64,000 nt of DNA from an uncultured Candidatus Binatia bacterium. Lineage in GTDB: Bacteria > Desulfobacterota > Binatia > UBA9968 > JAJDTQ01. The translations under genes and the position numbers were made by a program. This document shows positions 20,844-31,662 of the stretch, piece after piece. A model generated the notes under the pieces. The model worked only from the letters and a program-made list of their open reading frames with translations, searched no databases and was not told the DNA's origin. The stretch spans positions 2,368,001 through 2,432,000 of the forward strand of contig OZ244070.1 of assembly GCA_965215605.1 (NCBI GenBank), read 5' to 3'. Every line of letters starts with the position of its first letter. The stretch's first letter is position 1.

Positions 20844-21881
20844 CTACGAGTCCGGCACGAGCACCGGCTTGAGCGCCTCTCCGTCCCGGATGAGCTCGAA
20901 TCCGCGGGGCGCTTCGGACAGCGGCAGGACGTGGCTGCGGACCGGGGCGAGGTCGACGGCGCCCGTCGACAGAAGCTCGGTGGCGCGCTGCCAGGTCTGC
21001 CAGATCAGCCGCCCGTGGATGTTGTGTATCACCGGGCACTTGAGCAGCCAGTAGGTGAAATCCACGGGGATGGCCGACGGCGGGGCGCCCACCAGCCGGA
21101 AGTCGCCGCCCTTGGCGAGGGATGCGAAGACGGCGTTGAAGCCCGCCTCGGTGCCCGACAGCTCCACGCCGACATCGGCGCCCGCGCCGCCGGTCATGTC
21201 GCCCACCACCCGCGTCAAGTCCTCGCTGCCCGCATCCACCGCGCGGTCCGCGCCCATGGTTTCGGCGGCGCGGAGTCGAACCGGGTTGATGTCGCACGCG
21301 ATGACCCTGGCGGCGCCCAGGGCGCGCGCCACCGCCACCGCCATCAGCCCGATGGGCCCGCAACCGTTCACCAGCACCGACAGCCCCGAAACGCCCGCGC
21401 CCGCGAGGCAGGCATGGACGGCGATGCCGAACGGCTCGAGCATGGCCGCGGTCTCGTGCGGCAGGCCGGGCGGGTTCGCCCAGGCGATGGAGGCGGGCAC
21501 GGTCAGGCACTCGGCGAACCCGCCGTCGATGTCGATGCCCGGGTAGCGGGTGTTCTCACAGAGATGGGCGCGTCCGAGCCGGCACGACCGGCAGCGGCCG
21601 CAGAATATGTGGCTTTCGAGGCTGACCCGGTCGCCGGCCGCGAGGCCCTCGACCCCCGGACCCATGGCATCGACCGTGCCCGAGACCTCATGGCCGAGGA
21701 CCCGCGGCAGCACCATCCGGCGCGCCATGCGCGGCGCCCAGTTGTAGATCTGCATGTCGGTGCCGCAGATCCCGGCCGCGCCGACCCGGATCAATACTTC
21801 GCCGGGGCCGGGTTCGCGCGGCTCAATCTCGTGCAACGCGATGCCGCCGGCCTCGGGAGCAATTTTCTGGAGGCTCAGCAC
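20844..21881 (-). CDS. L-threonine 3-dehydrogenase-like Zn-dependent dehydrogenase
   Basis: GICGTDMQIYNW, GHEVSG, ESHIFCGRCRSC, GCGPIG, IHGRLIWQTW. Confidence 0.85.
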   Translation of the reverse strand: MLSLQKIAPEAGGIALHEIEPREPGPGEVLIRVGAAGICGTDMQIYNWAPRMARRMVLPRVLGHEVSGTVDAMGPGVEGLAAGDRVSLESHIFCGRCRSCRLGRAHLCENTRYPGIDIDGGFAECLTVPASIAWANPPGLPHETAAMLEPFGIAVHACLAGAGVSGLSVLVNGCGPIGLMAVAVARALGAARVIACDINPVRLRAAETMGADRAVDAGSEDLTRVVGDMTGGAGADVGVELSGTEAGFNAVFASLAKGGDFRLVGAPPSAIPVDFTYWLLKCPVIHNIHGRLIWQTWQRATELLSTGAVDLAPVRSHVLPLSEAPRGFELIRDGEALKPVLVPDS

Positions 21882-21887
21882 GAGTTT

Positions 21888-22394
21888 CTACAGGTGATAG
21901 ATGTCCACCGGCCCTTCGAGCCGGTCGTCGATGAAGATGACCTTCTTGCGGGCGATCTTGAGCGCGCCGTCGATGCGGCTGAACGTGAAGTCGTAGCGGC
22001 TGCCGCGCGTGGCCGCGCCTTTCTTTCCATAGACGTGTACGATGCAGTTGGCGGTGGCCTCCACGGCGTCTCCCTCCGCGCTCTCCACCAGCACGTTGCC
22101 GATGACGTGCACCGTGCGGTCCAGGGGAAGCGAAGCCCAGGACTGGCGCGACTCGATGCGGAACACCCGGTCTTCGAGCCGGCCGCGGTTCTTGAGATAG
22201 ATCAGGTTGAGTTGGGTCTCGGGATCAGCGGTGGTCTCCTCCTCGCTTGCCCAGGCCGGCACCCAATACACCGCGTCTTCGGCATAGAGGTCGAGCCATT
22301 CCTCCCAGCGGCGCCGGTCCAACAGCATCGCCTCCCGGTTGATGAGGGCCGTGACTTCGCGCTCCAGCGCGGGGTGGATGCCGTCTGTGTTCAT
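21888..22394 (-). CDS. Aromatic ring-hydroxylating dioxygenase beta subunit (BenB/AntB-like)
   Basis: REAMLLDRRRWEEWLDLY..D..YWVP, LEDRVFRI, KIARKKV. Confidence 0.92.
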   Translation of the reverse strand: MNTDGIHPALEREVTALINREAMLLDRRRWEEWLDLYAEDAVYWVPAWASEEETTADPETQLNLIYLKNRGRLEDRVFRIESRQSWASLPLDRTVHVIGNVLVESAEGDAVEATANCIVHVYGKKGAATRGSRYDFTFSRIDGALKIARKKVIFIDDRLEGPVDIYHL

Positions 22395-23737
22395 GCGCCG
22401 CCGGTCCCTTGCTCCAGACGATCCAGCCAGGCGCGGTAGAAGCCGTGAAACATTCCTTCGTGGTCCCAGTCCGGGCAGGAGGACGTTGGCGCGAAGCCCA
22501 GGTCACGGGCGTCCTGATCGGGGCCGGCGACCAGGGCGGACAGGCCGCGGGTCATGTCGTTCCACTGGCTCGGCGGTCCGAGAGAGCCGTCCTGGACGGC
22601 TTCGAGCGCGGCGGCATCGTCCGATGTCGCCATCCCCGCCGTCAGGTAGAAATCCTCGAACTTCCTCAGGCGGGCGGCCCGCGCCGCCGGGCTCTCTCCC
22701 CTAGGGGCGATGCAGTAGACCGAGACCTCGGTCAAAGCGGCCGAGACCGGCTTCACCAGCCGGATCTGCGTCGACGGGTTGTCCATCAGCATCGCGTTGG
22801 GGAACAGGCAGAGGTTCCGGCCCCGGTTGAGGATCCAGTCGACCTCGGCGGGCTTGAGGTTCTCTACGAGCCACGCCCGCGCCTCGTAGATGGGGCGGAC
22901 GTGCGGCGTGATGTGCTGCGCCCACAGCCCCATGTGCCCGTTGCCGAGGTCGTAGGTGCCGCTGGGCACCTTGCCCTTGATGCGTCCGGACTCGGTCCGG
23001 CCCATGCCGGCCGTGGCGTCCCGGGCTTCACGCTGGGCCGTGGTGGCGGCGAATACGCTGTGGAGGGTGGTCACGTGGTAGCCGTCGACGCTGTTCTCGG
23101 CCTGCAGCTTCCAGTTGCCGTGGACCACGTAGGTCGAGCAGCCGGGAACGACTTCCAGCCCGTTTTGCGCTTGGTCGGCCAGGAGGTCTATCCAGCGCGC
23201 CGCGGCCGCCAGATGGTCCCGGAGCGCGGGCACATCGCTTCTCAGGCTCCCGAACACGAACCCCTTGTAGGAGTCCAGAGCACCGATCCGGCGGAGGTCG
23301 AAGCCTCCGCCCGAGCGTTCCGCAGCCGGGTAGCCCGCCTCCTCGTTCTTGATGCTGACGCAGCGTCCGCCGCGGTCGTACACCCAACCGTGGAAACGGC
23401 AGGTGAGCACATTCACATTTCCCTGCTTGAGCGGGGTCAGCACCGCGCCCCGATGGGAACAGGCGTTGATGAAGCAGCCGAGCGATCCATCCTTCTGGCG
23501 CATCACGAAGACCGGCTGGCGGCCGATCTCCGTAGCCCAATAGTCGCCCGGCTTCTCTACCTGGCTCTCGTGGCAGAGGAAGACCCACCCGCCTTCGAAT
23601 ATGCGCTCGATCTCCGCCTCGAAGACAGCCTCGTCGGTGTAGATGGACCGGTCGACTCTGAAAACTCCCTCATCGACCCGATCGTCGACCAGGTCGCGGA
23701 AGCGTATACGGCTTCGAATGGTTTCCATCATGGACAT
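22391..23737 (-). CDS. Rieske aromatic ring-hydroxylating dioxygenase alpha subunit (BenA/AntA-like)
   Basis: Rieske CSH...CRFHGW, NWKLQAENSVDGYHVTTLH, GMATSDD iron ligands. Confidence 0.93.
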   Translation of the reverse strand: MSMMETIRSRIRFRDLVDDRVDEGVFRVDRSIYTDEAVFEAEIERIFEGGWVFLCHESQVEKPGDYWATEIGRQPVFVMRQKDGSLGCFINACSHRGAVLTPLKQGNVNVLTCRFHGWVYDRGGRCVSIKNEEAGYPAAERSGGGFDLRRIGALDSYKGFVFGSLRSDVPALRDHLAAAARWIDLLADQAQNGLEVVPGCSTYVVHGNWKLQAENSVDGYHVTTLHSVFAATTAQREARDATAGMGRTESGRIKGKVPSGTYDLGNGHMGLWAQHITPHVRPIYEARAWLVENLKPAEVDWILNRGRNLCLFPNAMLMDNPSTQIRLVKPVSAALTEVSVYCIAPRGESPAARAARLRKFEDFYLTAGMATSDDAAALEAVQDGSLGPPSQWNDMTRGLSALVAGPDQDARDLGFAPTSSCPDWDHEGMFHGFYRAWLDRLEQGTGGA

Positions 23738-23771
23738 CGCACACTTCCCCTTCGCCGGAAAGCGGAGCGTC

Positions 23772-24944
23772 TCACGCTCCAGCGTACACCCTCTCGATAG
23801 CGCCCACCGCCTCCTCCACCGGCACGTTTGCGCCTTCTTCCTTGAGTATCCGGCCCAGCGCCCCCACCAGCGCCACCACGTTTTCCCTCCGGCTCGACTC
23901 CCCCATAAGCCCGATGCGCCAGGTCTTGCCGGCGAGGGCGCCGAGGCCGCCGCCGATCTCGATGTTGAAGTCCAGCAACAGCCGCTTCCGGAGGGCGGCG
24001 TCGTTGACGCCCTCGGGGATCTTGACGCTGTTGAGCATCCACAGGCGGTGGCCTTCCTGGGAGGCCACCGGGATGCCCAGCACCTCCAGGCCGGCCACCA
24101 GCGCCCGGTGGTTCAACTCGTGGCGCGCGAAACGGGCTTCCATGCCTTCCTTCTCGACCTCGCTCAGAGCCGCGTGCAGGCCGTAGTTCATGGAGATGGG
24201 GGCGGTGTGGTGGTAGGCCCGGTCCTCGCCCCAGTAGCGAGCGATCATGGTGAGGTCGAGATACCAGCTCTTGACCTTGCCCTTGCGCCGGTCCAGCTTG
24301 TCGCGGGCGGCCTGGTTGAAGGACACGGGGGACAGTCCGGGAGGACAGCTCAGGCACTTCTGGGTGCCGCTGTAGGCGGCGTCCACGTTCCAGGCGTCCA
24401 GGGTCACCGGGCAGCCTCCCAACGAGGTGACGGTGTCCAGTACCAGCAGGGCGCCGGCATCGTGGGCGAGCCGGGAGATCTCTTCCACCGGCTGCCACAC
24501 CCCGGTGGAGGTCTCGGCGTGTACCAGGGTGACGATGTCGACCTTGTTGTCCTTGAGGGCCTGCTCCACCTGCTCGGGCCGGATGATCTCGCCCCAGGGG
24601 GCCTCCACCTTCACCAGGTTTCCGCCCAAGCGCTCGACGATGTCCGCCATGCGGGTGCCGAAGACGCCGTTGACGCACACCAGCACGGTGTCGCCTTCTT
24701 CGATGAGGTTCACGAGGCAGGTCTCCATGCCGGCGCTGCCGGTGCCCGACACCGGAAAGGTCAACTCGTTCTCGGTGTGGAACAGCCAGCGCAGCATGGC
24801 CTTGCTCTCTTCCATGACCTTGAAGAATTCAGGGTCCAGATGGCCGACGACCGGAGCCGACAGCGCCTTCAGCACGTTGGGATGCGGGTTGCTGGGGCCG
24901 GGTCCGAGAAGAATTCTCCGGGGCGGGTTCAACGGTGAAGCCAT
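23772..24944 (-). CDS. Alanine-glyoxylate / serine-pyruvate aminotransferase (class V PLP)
   Basis: LLGPGPSN, SGTGSAGME, HAETSTG, SGTQKCL, YHHTAP, WRIGLMG; start MASPLNP after AAGGAG. Confidence 0.92.
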   Translation of the reverse strand: MASPLNPPRRILLGPGPSNPHPNVLKALSAPVVGHLDPEFFKVMEESKAMLRWLFHTENELTFPVSGTGSAGMETCLVNLIEEGDTVLVCVNGVFGTRMADIVERLGGNLVKVEAPWGEIIRPEQVEQALKDNKVDIVTLVHAETSTGVWQPVEEISRLAHDAGALLVLDTVTSLGGCPVTLDAWNVDAAYSGTQKCLSCPPGLSPVSFNQAARDKLDRRKGKVKSWYLDLTMIARYWGEDRAYHHTAPISMNYGLHAALSEVEKEGMEARFARHELNHRALVAGLEVLGIPVASQEGHRLWMLNSVKIPEGVNDAALRKRLLLDFNIEIGGGLGALAGKTWRIGLMGESSRRENVVALVGALGRILKEEGANVPVEEAVGAIERVYAGA

Positions 24945-25075
24945 GCGGTTGCTCCTTGGGCTGTTGGCGATTTTCCTTGGGTTTCTTTGTTTGTGGGCAG
25001 CTTGGGCGCGGTGTATCCTGAAATTTTTCAAGGTAATAGCACCCGCGAAGCGGGGCGACAAACCTTCCTGCCTTC

Positions 25076-26482
25076 ATGAGCCTCGACCAAAAGCTGGCGG
25101 AGACCCTGGTGCGGAACCGCATGCTGGCGCCCGGCGACGCGGTGCTGGCGGGCGTGTCCGGCGGGCCGGATTCCGTCGCGTTGCTGCGCGTCCTCCACGA
25201 GATCGGCCCTTCCCTCCGCCTGCGTCTGGAGGTGGCCCACGTCGACCACGGCATCCGCGGGCACGAGAGCCGGCAGGACGCCGAGTTCGTCCGCGGCATG
25301 GCCTCCGCCCTATCGCTGCCCTTCCATCTGAGGCGCCTGGAACTGACGCTTTCCGGCGAGCACCGTGGCGCCGCGAACGTGGAGGCTCTGGCCCGGGAAC
25401 AGCGCTACCGGTTCTTCGCCGAGGTGGCCGCGAAGCAGGGTATCCGCAAGGTCGCGGTGGGCCACAACCGCGGCGACCAGGTGGAGACCATGCTGATGTG
25501 GCTGCTCCGTGGCTGCGGCCCGGAGGGGCTGACCGGCATGCCGGCAATGCGGGCCTTGGTGCCTGGTGCTGCCGGGGCCGGAGCAACGCTGCTGATCCGG
25601 CCTTTGCTGGAGGTCTCCCGCGACGAAATCCTCGAATATCTCACCGCCCGGGGGCTGGACTACCGCGAGGACCGCACCAACCGCGACATGCGGTACCTTC
25701 GAAACTGGATCCGCGGGGCGCTGTTGCCTGAACTAGGGAGCCGGAGTGGCGGCAGCCTGGAAAGCCGGCTCGCGCGGCTCGGCGGGATGCTGCGGTCCGA
25801 CCTTGTGTTGCTGGAACGGCAGGCGGCAGAGGCCTACCCGCGAGTCGCCAGGGGCGACACCCTGGACCGGGCTGCCTTTCTGGCACTGGAACCCGAGTTC
25901 CGGCCCCGGATGGTGCGATTCTGGCTGAACCGCGGCCTGGGAACGCTCCGGCGCCTCGGTTTCGCCCACGTGGACGCGGTCCTCCGGGTCATCGCCGGAA
26001 CCCGTCCCCACGGCCGGGTGTCACTCCCTGGCGGCTGGACGGCTGTCCGGGAGTATGATTCCGTGCGCTTGATCCGCGCCCCTGGTCCGCGGGTGGAGGA
26101 CTACTCCTACCCGCTCCCGCTGGAGGGCGAGGTAGTGGTCCCGGAGGCCGGGGTCCGGGTCACGGCGTGGCGCTCCACCGCTTCGGAGACGCCGGAAGGC
26201 GGCCTCGAGGCCGCCTTCGACCTCTCATGCCTCGAGCGGCACGGCGGAGAGCCCCGGTTGCGCAACTTCCGCCCCGGGGACCGGTTCCGGCCCCTGGGCA
26301 TGGCCGGCCACAAGAAGCTCAAGGACCTCTTCATCGAAAGGAAGGTCCCGCGCTCCCGGCGCCGGACCCTGCCCCTGCTCCTGGTGGGGGAGGAGATCCT
26401 GTGGGTCCCCGGCTGCGCCCGCAGTGATTTCGCGAGGTTGGGACCCGACACCGGGGCGGTCTGGCGAGTGAGGATCTGGTAG
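25076..26482 (+). CDS. tilS: tRNA(Ile)-lysidine synthetase
   Basis: SGGPDS, HVDHGIR, GHNRGDQVET, IRPLL, DRTN....RN, KKLKDLFIERKVP. Confidence 0.96.
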   Translation: MSLDQKLAETLVRNRMLAPGDAVLAGVSGGPDSVALLRVLHEIGPSLRLRLEVAHVDHGIRGHESRQDAEFVRGMASALSLPFHLRRLELTLSGEHRGAANVEALAREQRYRFFAEVAAKQGIRKVAVGHNRGDQVETMLMWLLRGCGPEGLTGMPAMRALVPGAAGAGATLLIRPLLEVSRDEILEYLTARGLDYREDRTNRDMRYLRNWIRGALLPELGSRSGGSLESRLARLGGMLRSDLVLLERQAAEAYPRVARGDTLDRAAFLALEPEFRPRMVRFWLNRGLGTLRRLGFAHVDAVLRVIAGTRPHGRVSLPGGWTAVREYDSVRLIRAPGPRVEDYSYPLPLEGEVVVPEAGVRVTAWRSTASETPEGGLEAAFDLSCLERHGGEPRLRNFRPGDRFRPLGMAGHKKLKDLFIERKVPRSRRRTLPLLLVGEEILWVPGCARSDFARLGPDTGAVWRVRIW

Positions 26483-26619
26483 GGTTTCCGGCAGGGCCGC
26501 CGGGCCGCGCTCCAGAGGCCTATCGGTTGACTTGGACCGTTCCCGTTCTTATGGAATTGAAGTAGCCATACCCCTATGTTAACTTTTTCCAGGGAAAGAG
26601 ACGGTTGGAGAAACCCCCT

Positions 26620-28452
26620 TTGAACCAAGCTACCAAAAACCTCGCCCTCTGGCTCGTCCTGGGGTTGATGTTCCTGTTGTTGTTCAACGTCTTCACGCGG
26701 CAGCAGGGCCGCGACCCCGAGATGGTCTTCAGCGAATTCTGGTCCGCGGTAGAAAGCGAACAGGTCGAGGAAGTCACGATTCAGGGCCAGTACGTCCAGG
26801 GGAGGCTGAAGAACGGAGACCGTTTCCGTACTTTCTCGCCCAACGACCCGGAGTTGGTGAAGACGTTGCGGGAGAAGCATGTCCGCATCGCCGCCAAGCC
26901 CGAGGACGATTCCCCCTGGTACTTCGTGCTGCTGGTGAACTGGTTCCCCATGCTGCTCCTGGTGGGCGTGTGGATCTTCTTCATGCGGCAGATGCAGGCG
27001 GGGGGCGGCAAGGCCATGTCCTTCGGCAAGAGCCGGGCGCGCCTGCTGAACGAGAACCAGGCGCGGGTCACGTTCAGCGACGTGGCCGGGGTGGACGAAG
27101 CCAAGGACGAGCTGGAGGAAGTCATCGCGTTCCTGAAGGACCCCAAGAAGTTCACCCGCTTGGGCGGACGCATCCCCAAGGGCTGCCTGCTGGTGGGCCC
27201 GCCGGGCACCGGCAAGACCCTGCTGGCCCGGGCCATCGCGGGTGAGGCCGGGGTGCCCTTCTTCAGCATCAGCGGCTCGGATTTCGTCGAGATGTTCGTG
27301 GGCGTGGGCGCCTCGCGGGTGCGGGACCTGTTCGTTCAGGCCAAGAAGCAGGCGCCGTGCATCGTCTTCGTGGACGAGATCGACGCGGTCGGACGCCAGC
27401 GCGGCGCCGGACTCGGCGGCGGCCACGATGAGCGGGAGCAGACCCTCAACCAGTTGCTGGTGGAGATGGACGGGTTCGAGGCCAACGACGGCGTGATCCT
27501 CATCGCCGCCACCAACCGGCCCGACGTCCTGGACCCGGCGTTGCTGCGGCCGGGCCGGTTCGACCGCCGGGTGGTGGTGCCGCGGCCCGACATCAAGGGA
27601 CGAGAAGGCATCCTGGCCGTGCACAGCCGCCGGGTGCCGCTGGAGAACGACGTGGACATCCGGGTGCTGGCCCGGGGGACGCCCGGTTTTGCCGGCGCGG
27701 ACCTCGAGAACCTGGTCAACGAGGCGGCCCTGCTGGCGGCGCGGAACGACAAGGAAAAGGTCAACATGAACGACTTTGAGATCGCCAAGGACAAAGTCAT
27801 GATGGGGACCGAGCGCAAGAGCATGATCATCAGCGACGAGGAGAAGCGGAACACCGCCTATCACGAGTCCGGTCATGCGCTGGTGGCGAAGCTTCTGCCG
27901 GGTGCAGACCCGGTCCACAAGGTGACCATCATCCCGCGCGGCATGGCGCTGGGCCTCACCCAGCAGCTTCCCGTGGACGAGCGCCACAGCCAGGACAAGC
28001 AGTATCTGCTGAACAACGTGACCATCCTGTTCGGCGGGCGGGTCGCGGAAGAGTTGATCCTCGACCACATGACCACGGGCGCCGGCAACGACATCGAGCG
28101 CGCCACCGAGATCGCTCACCGGATGGTCTGCGAGTGGGGCATGAGCGAGAAGCTGGGGCCCATGACCTTCGGCAAGAAGGAAGAGCAGATCTTTCTCGGC
28201 CGTGACTTCACCCAGCAACAGGACTACTCGGAAAGCACCGCGGTGGAGATCGACAGGGAGGTCCGGAGCATCATCCAGGGGTGCTACGAAAAGGCCAGGG
28301 ATATCCTGACCACCCACCTCGAGCTCTTGCACCGGGTCGCCATGGAGCTGCTGGAGAAGGAAGTGCTGGACGGCGCGGAGATCGATGTCATCGTCAAGGC
28401 ATACATGGCGGACAGCGGTCCCGACCTGCCCACGACACCCGTTCCCGCGTAG
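26620..28452 (+). CDS. ftsH: ATP-dependent zinc metalloprotease FtsH
   Basis: TTG start; [20 protein letters not shown]. Confidence 0.97.
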   Translation: MNQATKNLALWLVLGLMFLLLFNVFTRQQGRDPEMVFSEFWSAVESEQVEEVTIQGQYVQGRLKNGDRFRTFSPNDPELVKTLREKHVRIAAKPEDDSPWYFVLLVNWFPMLLLVGVWIFFMRQMQAGGGKAMSFGKSRARLLNENQARVTFSDVAGVDEAKDELEEVIAFLKDPKKFTRLGGRIPKGCLLVGPPGTGKTLLARAIAGEAGVPFFSISGSDFVEMFVGVGASRVRDLFVQAKKQAPCIVFVDEIDAVGRQRGAGLGGGHDEREQTLNQLLVEMDGFEANDGVILIAATNRPDVLDPALLRPGRFDRRVVVPRPDIKGREGILAVHSRRVPLENDVDIRVLARGTPGFAGADLENLVNEAALLAARNDKEKVNMNDFEIAKDKVMMGTERKSMIISDEEKRNTAYHESGHALVAKLLPGADPVHKVTIIPRGMALGLTQQLPVDERHSQDKQYLLNNVTILFGGRVAEELILDHMTTGAGNDIERATEIAHRMVCEWGMSEKLGPMTFGKKEEQIFLGRDFTQQQDYSESTAVEIDREVRSIIQGCYEKARDILTTHLELLHRVAMELLEKEVLDGAEIDVIVKAYMADSGPDLPTTPVPA

Positions 28453-28521
28453 GGGCGGGCATTCAAACCCGCCCGCGCCCTCATAGCGCTATTCAGGGGC
28501 GGGCTTGAACCCCGCCCCTGC
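28449..28521. repeat. Inverted pair of GTAG-type REP-like palindromes
   Basis: GTAGGGGCGGGCATTCAAACCCGCCC (28449-28474) and an oppositely oriented copy CAGGGGCGGGCTTGAACCCCGCCCCTGC (28494-28521). Confidence 0.65.
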
Positions 28522-28554
28522 CATTTTCCAGAGTCCGACTTCCAGAGTCCAACC

Positions 28555-29490
28555 ATGCGTACCAAGGCAAGCCGGTCCGAGCCGTCACCGTTCGCCGACT
28601 TCGGTCCGGGGCCGGACGCGATGCTGGCAACGCGCCACGGGCCGGTGGACATGCGCGGCTGCACGGCCGTGATGGGGATCCTCAACGTCACCCCCGATTC
28701 CTTCGCCGACGGTGGCCGCTACCCGGATGTCGATGCCGCGGTGGCCCGGGGGGTGGAGATGGCCCGCCAGGGCGCGAGCATCGTGGACGTGGGCGGAGAG
28801 TCGACCCGGCCGGGCGCGGCCGCGGTCTCGGCGGCCGAGGAGCTCGACCGGGTGCTGCCGGTGGTCCGCGGGCTTCGGCAACGGACGCCGGTGCCCATCA
28901 GTATCGACACCTACAAGGCGGAGGTGGCACGGCGGGCGCTGGACGAGGGCGCGGACATGGTGAACGACATCAGCGCGCTGCGGTTCGATCCGGCCATGGC
29001 CGGGCTAGTGGCGGCCGAGGACGTTCCGGTGGTGTTGATGCACATGCAGGGCCGGCCCCGCACCATGCAGGTGGCGCCGCGCTACGACGACGTGGTCCGC
29101 GAGGTCGCCGACTTTCTGCGGGAGCGTGTCGCCCATGCCGTGAAGAGCGGCGTCGGACCGGAGCGGATCGTGGTGGACCCGGGCATCGGCTTCGGCAAGG
29201 GACTGGAGCACAACCTGGCGTTGTTGCGGCACCTGCGCGCGCTCGGGGAGCTGGGCCGGCCGGTGCTGGTGGGCCTGTCCCGCAAGTCGTTTATCGGCCG
29301 GATCGAGGAAGCCGCACCCGCCGGACCGGCCGGCCGGCTGGAGGGGAGCCTCGCCGGGGCGGCCGCGGCGGTGCTGGCGGGAGCCCACATGGTGCGGGTC
29401 CACGACGTGGCGGAGACCTTGAGGGCGGTGCGGGTGGCGGACGCGGTCCGCGGCGCGTCCGGGAGGTTCAGACTGCTGACTCAGTCATAG
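28555..29490 (+). CDS. folP: Dihydropteroate synthase
   Basis: MGILNVTPDSF, GGESTRPG, DPGIGFGK, SRKSF, RVHDV; start could be 28621. Confidence 0.96.
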   Translation: MRTKASRSEPSPFADFGPGPDAMLATRHGPVDMRGCTAVMGILNVTPDSFADGGRYPDVDAAVARGVEMARQGASIVDVGGESTRPGAAAVSAAEELDRVLPVVRGLRQRTPVPISIDTYKAEVARRALDEGADMVNDISALRFDPAMAGLVAAEDVPVVLMHMQGRPRTMQVAPRYDDVVREVADFLRERVAHAVKSGVGPERIVVDPGIGFGKGLEHNLALLRHLRALGELGRPVLVGLSRKSFIGRIEEAAPAGPAGRLEGSLAGAAAAVLAGAHMVRVHDVAETLRAVRVADAVRGASGRFRLLTQS

Positions 29491-29497
29491 GGGGCCC

Positions 29498-30931
29498 ATG
29501 ACATCCAACGGACCACAAGCGTTTGCGGCCCGCCGCCGGTTGTTCGGCACCGACGGAATCCGGGGCACCGCCAACCAGGAGCCCATGACCTCGGAGACGT
29601 CGCTGAGGCTGGGCCGGGCCATCGCCGAGGTGGTCGGCGGCCCGGGCGCGGGCAAGGCCGGGCGCGCCGCCCTCGGACGAAAGCGCACCCACCGGCGGCG
29701 CATCCTCATCGGCAAGGACACCCGCCTGTCGGGCTACATGTTCGAGACCGCGCTGGCCTCGGGGATCTGCTCCATGGGGACGGACGTCCTGCTGGTGGGT
29801 CCGCTGCCGACCCCGGCCGTGGCGTTCCTCACCCGCAGCATGCGCGCGGACGCCGGGGTGGTGATCTCGGCCTCCCACAACTCCTACCAGGACAACGGCA
29901 TCAAGTTCTTCTCCAGCGATGGGTTCAAGCTCCCGGATGAGTGGGAACGGCGCATGGAGGACCTGGTCCTGAACGGGGAATACGGCGGGCACCGGCCCGC
30001 GGCCACGGATATCGGCAAGGCGTACCGCATCGCCGACGCCCTGGGGAGGACCATCGACTTCCTCAAGAGCACGTTCCCCGGGCACCTGACGCTGGAAGGC
30101 CTCAAGGTCGTGGTGGACTGCGCCAACGGCGCGGCGTACCGGGCGGCGCCGGACGTCTTGAGGGAGCTCGGGGCCGAGGTCATTCCGGTGGCGGTGGAGC
30201 CCGACGGCACCAACATCAACCTGGATTGCGGCTCGGTGCACCCGGAGACGGCCCGGGCGGCGCTCCTGGAGCACGGCGCGGACCTGGCGGTGTGCCTGGA
30301 CGGCGACGCCGACCGGGCGCTGTTCATCGACGAGAAGGGCGCGCCGGTGGACGGCGACGAGGTGCTGGCCATGTGCGCCATCGAGATGAAGCGCGCCGGC
30401 CGGCTGCCCACCGGCGCCGTGGTGGCGACGGTGATGAGCAACATGGGGCTCGACGTCGGCCTCCGGGAGCATGGCATCGAAGTCCTCCGTACGGGCATCG
30501 GCGACCGTTACGTGGTGGAGGCCATGCGCCAGGGCGGCCACAACCTCGGCGGCGAGCAGTCCGGACACCTGGTGTTCCTGGACCACAACACCACGGGCGA
30601 CGGCTGTCTCACGGCGCTGCAGGTGCTGGCCCTGATGATCGAGCAGGAGAAGCCCCTGAGCGAGCTTCGCCGCGGCATGGGCAAGCTCCCCCAAGTGGTG
30701 GTGAACGTGCCGGTGCGCGAGAAGCGTCCTCTCCCCGAGCTGGTCCGGGTGCAGGCGCGCATAACCGAGAGCGAGCACCTGCTGGACGGCCGGGGCCGGG
30801 TCCTGGTGCGCTACTCCGGCACCGAGCCGCTGGCCCGGGTGATGCTCGAGGGAGAGTCGGAGGATGAGATACGGCGGCTGGCGCAAGGGATCGCCGACGC
30901 CATCCAGGCCGATCTGGGGGTCCCGGCGTGA
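29498..30931 (+). CDS. glmM: Phosphoglucosamine mutase
   Basis: FGTDGIRG, ISASHN, DGDADR, GGEQSGH, RYSGTEP. Confidence 0.96.
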   Translation: MTSNGPQAFAARRRLFGTDGIRGTANQEPMTSETSLRLGRAIAEVVGGPGAGKAGRAALGRKRTHRRRILIGKDTRLSGYMFETALASGICSMGTDVLLVGPLPTPAVAFLTRSMRADAGVVISASHNSYQDNGIKFFSSDGFKLPDEWERRMEDLVLNGEYGGHRPAATDIGKAYRIADALGRTIDFLKSTFPGHLTLEGLKVVVDCANGAAYRAAPDVLRELGAEVIPVAVEPDGTNINLDCGSVHPETARAALLEHGADLAVCLDGDADRALFIDEKGAPVDGDEVLAMCAIEMKRAGRLPTGAVVATVMSNMGLDVGLREHGIEVLRTGIGDRYVVEAMRQGGHNLGGEQSGHLVFLDHNTTGDGCLTALQVLALMIEQEKPLSELRRGMGKLPQVVVNVPVREKRPLPELVRVQARITESEHLLDGRGRVLVRYSGTEPLARVMLEGESEDEIRRLAQGIADAIQADLGVPA

Positions 30932-31659
30932 CGCGTCTCGGAGTGAACGTGGATCACGTGGCCACCGTGCGGCAGGCGCGGATGATCGACATCCCGGATC
31001 CGGTGGAGGCGGCGCTGCTGGCCGAGCAGGCGGGCGCCGAGGTCATCACCGTGCACCTCCGCGAGGACCGCCGGCATATCCAGGAACGGGACGTGGCCCG
31101 GCTGCGGCAGCGGCTGACCGCCGCGCTCAATCTCGAGATGGCCGGCACCCCGGAAATGACCCGGCAGGCGCTGACGCTCAAGCCTGACGACGCCTGCCTC
31201 GTGCCCGAGCGGCGGGAGGAGCTGACCACCGAGGGCGGGCTCGACGTGGTGGCCTACGCGAGGCAGCTCCGGGACGTGGTGTCCCGTCTCCGGGACGCGG
31301 AGATTCGCGTGAGCCTGTTCGTGGATCCCGACCTGAAACAGCTCGAAGCCAGCCGGGATCTGGGCGCAGACGCCGTGGAAATCCACACCGGGGCTTACGC
31401 CAACGCCGGCGGGGCACGCCTGGAGCAGGAGCTCGAGGCGGTGCGCCGAGGCGCGGCGCTGGCGGCGGGCATGGGCCTCGAGGTTCACGGCGGTCACGGC
31501 CTCAATGCCGCCAACGTCGCTCCCATCGCGGCCATCGGGGAGATCGTCGAGCTCAACATTGGACACAGCATCGTCGCCCGCTCCATCATGGTGGGCATGG
31601 TCCGGGCGGTGACGGAGATGAAGGCCCTCATCGCCGAGGCGGATCGGACCGGTCACTGA
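30928..31659 (+). CDS. pdxJ: Pyridoxine 5'-phosphate synthase
   Basis: LGVNVDHVATVRQAR, HLREDRRHI, GHGL, NIGHSI. Confidence 0.97.
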   Translation: MTRLGVNVDHVATVRQARMIDIPDPVEAALLAEQAGAEVITVHLREDRRHIQERDVARLRQRLTAALNLEMAGTPEMTRQALTLKPDDACLVPERREELTTEGGLDVVAYARQLRDVVSRLRDAEIRVSLFVDPDLKQLEASRDLGADAVEIHTGAYANAGGARLEQELEAVRRGAALAAGMGLEVHGGHGLNAANVAPIAAIGEIVELNIGHSIVARSIMVGMVRAVTEMKALIAEADRTGH

Positions 31660-31662
31660 CTC

